This document shows positions 24,801 to 36,000 of a DNA stretch of 64,000 nt, one piece after another (position 1 is the stretch's first letter; each line of letters opens with the position of its first letter). Below the pieces are notes generated by a model. It worked only from the letters and a program-made list of their open reading frames with translations. It did no database searches and was not told where the DNA came from. The DNA comes from Antedon mediterranea (lineage: Eukaryota > Animalia > Echinodermata). The DNA lies in NCBI RefSeq assembly GCF_964355755.1, contig NC_092678.1, positions 23,949,365-24,013,364 on the forward strand. Reading direction: 5' to 3'. Both the position numbers and the translations under genes were made by a program.

Positions 24801-27800
24801 TAATCATTAAGTTTCCATGGTGATATCTACATATAATTTAAAGGTAATCCATGCATACCCTTGGAGCACTCCAGTTCAGTTTAATCATTAAGATTCCATG
24901 GTGATATCTACATATAATTTAAAGGTAATCCATGCATACCCTTGGAGCACTCCAGTTCAGTTTAATCATTAAGATTCCATGGTGATATCTACATATAATT
25001 TAAAGGTAATCCATGCATACCCTTGGAGCATTCCAGTTCAGTTTAATCATTAAGATTCCATGGTGATATCTACATATAATTTAAAGGTAATCCATGCATA
25101 CCCTTGGAGCACTCCAGTTCAGTTTAATCATTAAGATTCCATGGTGATATCTACATATAATTTAAAGGTAATCCATGCATACCCTTGGAGCACTCCAGTT
25201 CAGTGATATGTACATATAATTTAAAGGTAATACATGCATACCCTTGGAGCACTCCAGTTCAGTGATATGTACATATAATTTAAAGGTAATCCATGCATAC
25301 CCTTGGAGCACTCCAGTTCAGTGATATCTACATATAATTTAAAGGTAATCCATGCATACCCTTGGAGCACTCCAGTTCAGTGATATCTACATATAATTTA
25401 AAGGTAATCCATGCATACCCTTGGAGCACTCCAGTTCAGTTTAATCATTAAGATTCCATGGTGATATCTACATATAATTTAAAGGTAATCCATGCATACC
25501 CTTGGAGCACTCCAGTTCAGTTTAATCATTAAGATTCCATGGTGATATCTACATATAATTTAAAGGTAATCCATGCATACCCTTGGAGCACTCCAGTTCA
25601 GTTTAATCATTAAGATTCCATGGTGATATCTACATATAATTTAAAGGTAATCCAAGCATACCCTTGGAGCACTCCAGTTTAGTTTAATCATTAAGATTCC
25701 ATGGTGATATGTACATATAATTTAAAGGTAATCCATGCATACCCTTGGAGCACTCCAGTTCAGTTTAATCATTAAGATTCCATGGTGATATGTACATATA
25801 ATTTAAAGGTAATCCATGCATACCCTTGGAGCACTCCAGTTCAGTTTAATCATTAAGATTCCATGGTGATATCTACATATAATTTAAAGGTAATCCATGC
25901 ATACCCTTGGAGCACTCCAGTTCAGTTTAATCATTAAGATTCCATGGTGATATCTACATATATAATTTAAAGGTAATCCATGCATACCCTTGGAGCACTC
26001 CAGTTCAGTGATATGTACATATAATTTAAAGGTAATCCATGCATACCCTTGGAGCACTCCAGTTCAGTTTGATCATTAAGATTCCATGGTGATATCTACA
26101 TATAATTTAAAGGTAATCCATGCATACCCTTGGAGCACTCCAGTTCAGTTTAGGAAACACACATCCATCAAGATCTTCTATTGCTTCTTTCACCAATGCT
26201 TCAAATTCCACAAACTGAGGAGGCTGTTCAAAAATAAATGTATTGATTGTAATAATTGGATAACAGTGAATAAAGATTCTTTCTTGTTTTGTTTTTTGCT
26301 CTTATTTTCCTTGACTGTCTAGATTTAGGTCTAGGTACCTCATGTAAATTTGGTTGATTTAAAGAGATTTATGTATGAGTAAGGTAACTCTAACAAATGA
26401 CAATCATGAGGTTATAATGAATTCATTATTGACAATGTTCTGATACATGATTGTCATTTAAAGATACCATACTCTTTTTCTATTTGCAATAAATCAGTGA
26501 ATCTTTTGCTTCATACACATATACTGTGTAATTAAGTAATATAGATACCGGAGTTTCTTCAGACTCATCTGTCCAATTATTATCTTCCTGCAAGATACAA
26601 ACAGGTATTATTGTATTAGAAATGAAAACGTCATTTTTACAATTACAATACTGTACAATAAGTATCACTGTCAGTAGATTGTCACAAACTACTGTTACAT
26701 GTAATCTCTGATACTCCTGCTTCGTGATGAATTAATTGTCAAAATAAATTCATTTTAAAAGTTGATCGATTTATGAATATAACTGTATAAAAAGCAAATT
26801 AATGTACTTTACCTCATCTTCATCATTAGTTCTGTTGGAAAATAAAATGGAAAAAAACATTAAGCTTGGAAAATTTACGGCATTTTAATTTTTAATTTGT
26901 TTATTATTTTCAAGCAATTTAAAAAAGGTACACATTTTTGTTTAAAGAAACTCACCGGTTACTTTGACCCTCATCTTCTGGCAAAACAATTCCATCAGCC
27001 AATAAATAGGTTGTTACTTCAGGAGGTAAAACCAAGATTTTGCTATAAAAAAAAAGGTCAAAATTCAATAAATTAGCAGCCTAGCTAGCCTCTAGTACTA
27101 GCAGGATCCGTACTCTAGCACTAACTAGAGGGGATATGACCGGTTAGGCCGCCGACAAGTTGAGCCGCCAGTGATTTCTATGAAACGCCCAGTACATGCG
27201 TCTTTTACGAAATTTCGCATAGTGATTAGGGTGGTGTCCTAGTAAGTTCATGGTCTTGGTTTATTGTGTCATGAAAATAAATAATATATAATTACATATT
27301 AAAATTAACAACACAGCAAAGGAAAGTTTTTAATTTTCGTGGAAAAAATTCAGTGCACTCCATAATTTTTCTCGCGTGTTGGTCTACCACGTAAAGTCAC
27401 GTTACGAAAGTTAGCATTTGGCGTTCCATACATAGAAAATAACGTTTTTCTGGCGGCGGCTCAACTTGTCGGCGGCTCAACTTGGCCTAATCCAACTAGA
27501 GGGGGCCTAGGGGTGTCAGATGAAATCGGTCGCGTCTGAAATCGGTCGCGTTTGAAATCGGTCGCGATAAAATCCACTTCCGGCATTTTGTATGGCGCGC
27601 CGCTAGAGCTATACGTTTAATGATATCGGTCGCGTTTGAAATCGGTCGCGCTATTTTGCATGGGACGCACTAGATACATTTTAAATGTAAACGCTAATTA
27701 TGTTTTTAGTTAATTTTGAATATAGAATTTCTAATACTATTAACAATTGTTTTACCTCGATCGTTATTATTTTTTTAGTACAGTAAATATAAATATTATC

Positions 27801-29894
27801 TCATTATTTATAAATAATTTGTGTTTTCATTTTATCTTACGTCAGGTGTCAATGAATAATTGTAATGTGTTTAGAAAATCGTTTTAAAAAGTGTTATTGA
27901 ATATTGTTTAAGTTTTTGAAAAGATTAACATGCCACTGTTTAAAGTTTTAATAATGTTGAAATAATTTAATATTAAACAATTAGACGCGCCTATTGCGTA
28001 TTTTTTAATCGCAGTTAATTACGAAACTAGTTTTATATCTGCAAGTGGATACCAGCTCAATGAGGTTTATGCAATAAAGGAAGATGATGTATGATTATGA
28101 TTTTTACGTTCGATTTCCGCCACTCTTACGTGAGCATGGTTTTAGGATAATACTAATAAAATAATATGCCGTTATAAATCAATCTACAGGGCCTATACTA
28201 TGACTATGCAGTATGCTGTACAATGATAGGCCTAGATGTGAGAATAATAATGGATGGATATTAAAAGGTGGGCACGATTCTCAAAGAGGTAATCTTGCAC
28301 TGATATTTTAAACATTTAGATGTACGAACGGCGTACGGATGTGAGACACTGAGTGGTACTTATATTATTTACATTAAAGTGATTATTATAAATGAAGAAA
28401 TATTCAAATTAAAAACTATAGTATCGCCGACGTATATACGTAAATTATATACATCGTTTCACCATGGAACTATGTTTCACAAAAACACGTGCAGAGGCCT
28501 ATATATAGATGTTTCAAACGTATGGTTAGTAATAGGCCTATACGTCATCTTTACATGGCCATGGACAACGGTCGTAGTACGTGTTTTGTCCATGATTTGA
28601 CACACTAGTGCGTGTTTTTTTAAGGGGAATCCCCGTCAGCAAAATAACGTGCAGTTAACGTCGTCTGCACGATCATAGAAGGCGCATCCACGTTATGGCC
28701 TATTTCGGGGTTTATTTCAGTAACTCGTCTTTTAACGATCCGCATATAATAATCATTTTTACTAGAAACTATTTTAGGCCTAAACATTAGAAATAAAAAT
28801 ATACACGTGATTTTCCTCAACAATAATCATTATAGGCCTCTACTTAATCCTACATAACGTACGGACATAAATAAAATAGAAATTAAAATAAGGTGGTCCA
28901 ATATATGATATATCTGCCACATTATGCATAAGTATAAAAATGGATACGCTGGCTTTACGGGTTATACATTGTAACGTTTATTGTTTTTAAATAAATTGTT
29001 CTCTTTTACGTAATTGTTTGCATAATACTGTATTACTAAAAGACACAGACGTATATTCTCTATACAGTATAATATATTAATTACAGTACATATAATAAAA
29101 TAGAGGTAAATTATTATATGCCTAATAAAATATTTAAACGTGTTTAGAAATGGCCATTTTGAAAAGACACGGTCCTTCTCCGAGACCTGTGAAATAAAAA
29201 AAATGATTGATAATAAATATTATTAACCAAAATAAAAAATATCCACATAAATAATCTGGTTCCTAAAAAATATCAATTAAATCTAGACTATATAAACGAA
29301 GAAAATGTAAATCCCGCTAGCATGCATCTCGCTCCATACAAAATAGCGCGACCGATTTCAAGGGCGACCGATTTCAAACGTATAGCTCTAGCGGCGCGCC
29401 ATACAAAATACCGGAAGTTGATTTTATCGCGACCGATTTCAAACGCGACCGATTTCACACGCGACCGATTTCATCGTAAACCGGCCTAGGCCCTAGGCTA
29501 GGCCTATATGGTTAGTACACTACTAACTACTAGCCTAGGCCTAGCTAGGCTTTAGTAGCCCGACGGTAGGGCTAGTTATCTGGGCCTGAACCATCTAGCC
29601 TTGCTAGGCCTAACCTACCATTTTAGCAGCATCTAGTCTAGGCCTGCCGCCTAGTCTACGCTATAGAGAGTGGCCTGACGTGACTCAGACTACTGGCGTC
29701 CAGCTCCTTGTTTGTATAGCGCTGTCTAGCAGGAGGGTAACTAGCTTTTTATCCTAAAAAATGTCATTCATAATTATACATAGTATAACAAAAATATAGG
29801 TTAAACACCTTGGTATAGTTAGGTGTTCGAAATCGTAGTACCACGACGAAAATGTACATTTTAAGACATCAGAAACACTGACACATGTTTCCAT
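21890..29894 (-). CDS. CDC123: Cell division cycle protein 123 homolog (ATP-grasp eIF2 assembly factor), 13 exons including a 19-nt and a 29-nt micro-exon
   Basis: Spliced motifs [79 protein letters not shown] and [24 protein letters not shown] at 29894; TGA at 21892-21890. Confidence 0.96.
22061..22196 (+). mobile_element. Degenerate tRNA-derived SINE fragment (similar relics at ~12055-12115 -, 12407-12480 +, 13087-13150 -, 24725-24790 -)
   Basis: A-box-like tggtggttaa and B-box-like ggttgtaaatc; the other relics show gattcgaaccc or gatttgaaccc (reverse B-box). Confidence 0.5.
24800..26150. repeat. Minisatellite of 81-bp and 59-bp units (18 copies) derived from the 3' end and splice donor of CDC123 exon 5
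   Basis: cccttggagca recurs at 24858, 24939, 25020, 25101, 25182, 25241, 25300, 25359, 25418, 25499, 25580, 25661, 25742, 25823, 25904, 25987, 26046 and 26127; the last copy is the real exon end (LNWSAPR|gtatgc). Confidence 0.97.
27132..27493. mobile_element. Mutator/MULE-type MITE with 9-bp TSD
   Basis: TSD aactagagg at 27123-27131 and 27494-27502; TIR core gccgccgacaagttgagccgcc / ggcggctcaacttgtcggcggc. Confidence 0.8.
27512..29482. mobile_element. ~2-kb non-autonomous DNA transposon with ~150-bp TIRs containing 15-bp subrepeats (tgaaatcggtcgcg), 8-bp TSD
   Basis: 27512-27665 is the reverse complement of 29330-29482; flanked by ggcctagg (27504-27511 and 29483-29490); no intact transposase ORF. 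Confidence 0.88.
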
Positions 29895-30007
29895 CTTTTC
29901 TCGTCTGCTGCTAAATTTAAAAACAAACAAACAAAAATGTTAGATCGTTAGAGGGCGCTGTGATGCCTTGGTCATGTTCATTGAACCGTGAAGAAGGAAA
30001 CAGGAAA
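29895..30007. promoter_or_regulatory. Very compact bidirectional promoter/5'UTR region shared by CDC123 and sortilin
   Basis: The start codons at 29894 (-) and 30008 (+) are separated by 113 bp; a CTCF-like core tagagggcgctg lies at 29949-29960. Confidence 0.75.
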
Positions 30008-33000
30008 ATGGCTACAGTTTATTCCCGTACGTGGATTTTTAGTCTTAGGTTTAGCATGTTTATTTATATTTGGCTATTGCTGAATACAGTTTCTGCATTA
30101 ACATACCAAAGTGAAAAACAACTAGACCTCATACATAAAATAAAAAATGTACCAGTAGTAAAATTCGATCAGTCGCCCATCATAGGCCCAGGCCCGAACG
30201 AATCGCAGTTTGTCAAAGTAAATAAACGGAGCTCAGGCCAGCGATCAAGACGAACAACAGATGGTTCTTGTGAGCCTGTGACGGCTGGTGAGAAAGCTAA
30301 GCTATTAAAAAAGCAATCAAATGTAAGTAATAAAATAAAACATATTACCATGAATTATAAATATTCAGATGTGAAATGGTAATGTGAGCGTTTCTTTGTC
30401 AAACCAGTTTCCAATAAATCAATAATTTTTAATTTTAAACAACACATCACGGCATAAAAATCAATAAATTATTAATTATACTGTCAGTGTATTTATATAT
30501 TACAATTATTTGTTGTGTTTTATGTTTTTATTTACTCTCAATCATGTTCTAAATTTGCTTTTTTCAGTTTACATTTGGTGGCGATTCCAATTTCAATCTC
30601 GCACTTGTGTGGTTGGGAGAAGATGGCGAGGCAAGTCAACCAAGACTATGAAAATAAATAAATAATAACAAATTAATTACTTAGTAATTAGATAATTATG
30701 TTATTCTCAATATTGTATTGTTTAATTATGTTATGCTTCAAAAGTTTTCAACAATTTAAAAAACAGTGTTTTGGTAAATGTGTTGGCTATAATTTCAATA
30801 ATTGGAAATCTAGTTCTTGTTTGTTTACTGATATCTACAGTATATATTTTTTTAAACTGAGATTGATTAATTTACAGGAGTTACTAGCCTTAACGACTAT
30901 GGATTTTGGAATATTTGTTGGCCCCTCTAACTTGTGGATAAGGTAAGTATTAAGTTTAACATACAAATGCTTGCTCTATTTTAATAGTTAAGGCTACTTA
31001 AGGCATGTATGAGTGAAAAATTTGACAAACTTCCTCTATTAAGTTAGCGACTCATGGGAATATTTTGATTTTTATTAATATTATGTTATGTGTATTTTTT
31101 TTTCATCTTTCTTAGTAATGATTTTGGAAGGACATTTATAAACAAGAACAATGAGATAAAGAATGCTATTATACGAGCAGACTTTGGAATCAATAAGAGT
31201 CCAGATCCAGGAAAAGTAAAGCTCTGTCTACACTATCAAACTTTATGTGACAAAAATGTGATGTGCTCATATATCGACATGCTGATGTCATATCACTACC
31301 ATATTTGGGAACATCACATTTTTTTGTCACATAAAGTTTGATAGTGTAGACAGAGCTTAAGATTAAAAAGTTTCACAAATTAATTTAACATTTATTCTTC
31401 ATAAAAAAAAAATCATGATTTAATTACACTGAAATACTGTAAACCTCAGGAATGAAACTTTTTTTTTCTTTAATTACTGATTTTTTTTGTTTTTTGTAGA
31501 TCATTTTCGTTGGTTTTGTTGGTGAAGACTTTAGCAAGACAGAACTTTTCATCACTGACAATTCAGGAAAAGATTTTGTGCAACCCGAAATACTACCTTT
31601 TTACATTGATGGACCTTTGATATTCCACCCACACAAGAGTGACTATATTTTGGCTCACTCAAAAACTGATCAGGTATGAAATGCATATCTCAGTTGGTCT
31701 ATTTGCTAAATTTGTTTTTTATTTGTTGCTCATTCATCAGATAGAATAATACATATATACAAATGACATGGTGGGAGCAAGAGGATAACGCTATAAGGTC
31801 TACAGCTTTAACTGAAAATAAATTAAATATTCCTCATCATGTGGATCTCAGAAGACTGTTGGCTCGACAATAAAACAAAGTTTAGTGGGTGAGGGACTTA
31901 TGTGACAGTAGAATTGTTTTTTATCAGGGTTAAAATGTTATTTTCTTGATGTGTTTTTTTTTTTTTCTTTTCAGTACTCATTATGGCTATCAACTGATTT
32001 TGGCAAAAATTGGATTAAATTAGAGAGCTGGGTGACAGCTTTCCGGTGGGGAGAAAAGCGTGAAGATGATTATAATATTTATATTGTTATTGATAACAAT
32101 AAAATGAAAGATGGTATGTAATTGATATAATAATTGTAATATATTAATTAAAAATATTTATCTAGTTTTCTATAAATTATACTAATTTTGTTTATGTGTG
32201 AATTTTCAGAAACTTCTCTGGATTTAGTTTTAAAACGCAAACTTGGTGTTAGTAACAAACAAAGCTTTAAAGGTAAGAACATAATATCTAAAATAGTTCA
32301 GCTCACACCTGTATATTTACATAATTTAGCATATTAAATATCTACCATTTTGTATTTTTTACAGTATTTAGCCTGTATAACATATTTAAATGATTTAGAA
32401 TATTACAGTTATACACCTATATTAAAGGATTTAAACATTATATACACCTACATATTTAAATTTTAATAATTGCAAAGGAATTTGAGATAGATATTTTTAG
32501 TAATGTTTTCCATATGTTTAATAACATTACCCACTACAGTAGTATAAGTAATATGTATTTTTGTTTAAGTTCCCTGTATAAATGGTGAGTATTACAAAAT
32601 ATCATTTTCTTGTAGTTATTCTGCCAAGTGTGCATACGTTTGGAGTACAAGATAAATTTCTTTTTGCATCTGTACAGGATGAATCGGTAAAAGTAAAAAA
32701 AATTGTATTTTTCTACATGTTGTAGTGTATTCTCTCACTGAGAACCCTACACAGTATTTTAAAGACCCCTTCCCTGCAATTTTGGACGTTTTTTGGAAAA
32801 TAATACATATATATCACTTTAAAAACATTAAACCATGTCATTCCTTGTCTTAAATGTACGTTTTATGGTAAATTATGATAAAAAGTGAGAAACAATGCAC
32901 TACCTAAGTAGCTCGCGGCGATCGACCTCTCGTGGACGGTCTCAGGCCTAGCCTAGCTAGGCTTAGTTTTGTAGGCCTAGCTGGTAAACATCGGTAACGT

Positions 33001-36000
33001 ACGAACATCGTACGCTAGCTATATACCTAGCCTGACGTTGTATAGTTTCTGCATTAATTATCTTTCTATTTTTGCCAGACTCCGTTGATACAAATTGGGG
33101 AAAACCCGGTATTTTCGCTGAAAAGTTAGGAGTCTTCCATTTGTTTTGGCTTCACGATCGATCGAAAAGTGGGCGAATTACAGGTGAAAAACAACAATAT
33201 CAATCCGCGCGCAATGCATTTTGGGATTTATAGCGGGCCGCTATAATTATTAAAATCGATTTATTTTTCACATTTTTAACCGTTTAAAGACGAAAAAAGT
33301 TATCGCAATAGGACCATATAGTATTATTTTTACATTAAATATAGTTTGTGACCTTAAATTAGATCTAAAAAACGTAGGGAATGGGGCTTTAAGCTCTGTC
33401 TACACTGTCAGACTTTATGTGACAAACAAATGTGATGTGCCCATATATGGACATGATGATGTCATATCACTACCATATTTTGGCATATCACTATGGTATT
33501 TTGGCACATCACACCTTTTTGTCAAACTAGTTTGATAGTGTAGACAGTGCTTAACACATATTTGATTAAAGCTGATAGGATTACTATGTACACACTACAC
33601 TAAAATAGCAATACACATATTGCCTGAATACTAATACACAAACACTAAATTGTGTAAACTAGCAAATGATTGTGGAACACACAATAGACAATATTTATTT
33701 TACTGTATCAATAAGAAGGGACAAGATATTAATTAATATTTCTAAATAATAGACAACTATTGTGATGTTTGGAGTGATGTTTTAGTAGACAGACTATTAT
33801 ATGAAAAGAAAAGAAACATTTTGGGTTTCTAATTGATTTTATCTATTTTAAAATAGTAAATGAAACAGTTAATAAATTCAATTTTGTAATATTTTGTTTA
33901 TTTTTTCTAAAGAGTAAATCTCGAAGTCTTTACGTGTCAACAGATGATGGGGACAGTTGGAACAAAGCTGTTTTACCGAGCCTCAAAGCAGATATGGTAA
34001 AGATATTTACCCTTTATACGTACATGATGTAACATTTTATATGTACAGTTGCAGATCTAAAACCATGTGTCTGGTAAACCTAATATTTGCATTTCCTACC
34101 AGCAAATTCCAAAGATATGAACAAAAAAAAGAAAAAAACTTTGAAATTGTTCAAGAAACCACACGACTATTTGCCACACTAACTCATTCTGTCTTTAAAA
34201 TATAACACAGATTGTTGTAAAGAATGATATACTGTATTGTAGCTTAAATGTGTCTGGTAAACCTAACATTTACATTCCTACCAGCAACTTTCTAGGATAG
34301 GAAACCACACAACTATTTGCCACGCCAACATGATTGAATTGAATTGAAATTTATATTTATACTGGGTAACCTCTTCAGTCAAAGACTGGTCTCCCAGAGG
34401 GCCCAGTTTGTGATCAGTGGCTGTGATGTACTAATACACCGGGGTAACCCCCTACTCGTCTCGAAAGATGTACTAGGTTCTTTAAAGTGCACACGAGCTA
34501 GATGTGTACACTGGACCTACGGTTTATAGTCCTTATCCGAGAAGACTCGTTCTACCACCAGAACCATGGAGTGAGTGAGCCTCGAACCCCTGCCGATGTT
34601 ATGGCTACGCAATTACGGTTCCACTGTCTTAACCGCTCGGCCACTCACCCACCATTTACAGAAGTATCACAGAATTAGATATTGTACAGCAGCATAAACA
34701 ACTTGTTATTTTAAATTTCAGTTCTACTCTGTTCTTGATTCTACTGAAGGAATGATATTTGTTCATGTTGATGATGCAGGCAGTGAGTACAACCATAATA
34801 CCTTTGAAAAGATATACTGTGGGCGGCCATTTTAAGAAATCCCTATGACCTAAGATATTTGCTGTTGACATATCTTAGTTATTGTAAATCAGAGTAGTGT
34901 AATTTCACTCTTTCCTTTGTAAATAAACAATACTGTATTTAACTTATTTTGTAGACAATGGATATGGTCAACTGTACACATCTGATGCTGATGGCCTTAT
35001 ATTTTCACAGTCATTGGACAGGCATTTGGTATTGTACATAGCAAAAAATAACATAGAAATAAAACAAATTTGTAACTGATTGGCAGACTTTGTGTCCCAC
35101 CTAAAACTTTCTTGTGGTTCTCATCTCCACTTTCATTGAAACAAACGCATCATTTATATTATTATCACAGCAAGAAATGTTTTCAATATTTGAGTACCAC
35201 AATTTTCATTCAACTGTTTTAATTTCAACTTATTCTGCTATTAACCTTTCAGTATCCAAATGGTGGAGACGTGACCGACTTTTACCGTGTGAAGTCGATT
35301 CGTGGAGTGTACTTAGCCAGTCAGATTCTACCAGATCAAAGTATCCGTACAAGAATTACATTTAATCGCGGCGCTGAATGGAGAAACGTTATCAAACATT
35401 CTGACATCATTTGTAAAGAAGATGATGAAGTAAGATTGAATATAATTACTTTTTTTGTAAAATCTAAAATCTTGTAAAGCTGAAGCTTTTATAAAATACA
35501 TGAGTATGTCAAATAATGGATGTTTATGTAAATGGGGGGAATAACCTGTGACTTGCAGCCTACTGGCTGAATTGCGCACAGGTTGAATGGGTTGACTATT
35601 TTTATGAGTTAAAGATTGAATTGTTTTCTACGTATGTAGAATTTATTATTTCTAATTTTCCATTGTATTTTGTTTCAGAGTTGTAACTTGCAAATTCACA
35701 ATAAATACAGCATGTCCCAGGGAGTACCAATGGCGATGGGTCCGCTAAGTAATCCCAATGCAGTTGGCTTGATCTTAGTCCATGGTATGTACAACATAGT
35801 TTATTAGTTTCAAAATAATGCTTGGAAAAAATGTATTAAAGAGGATTCCTAAATAATTTAATAAAGTAAAAAAGATAATTTAATAAAGTGAAAAAGAACA
35901 GTTTATCTTAAGCTCTGTCTACACTATCAAACTAGTTTGACAACAAAAATGTATAGTATGTATAAATATAGTAGTGATATACCCAAATATGGTAGTTATA

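Noticed and set aside
24800-26126. Array of mutually exclusive alternative exons in CDC123
   Set aside because: Units copy only the exon 3' end, lack a credible acceptor, leave ~30-nt gaps, and carry an in-frame stop.
27700-29300. Transposase gene inside the 2-kb TIR element (also 56600-57060 in the MULE element)
   Set aside because: Only short ORFs with no recognisable DDE motif by eye; left as non-autonomous.
34655-34720. Acceptor tttacag next to the SINE head as a sortilin exon start
   Set aside because: Homology to sortilin (FYSVLDS) places the exon start at 34721.
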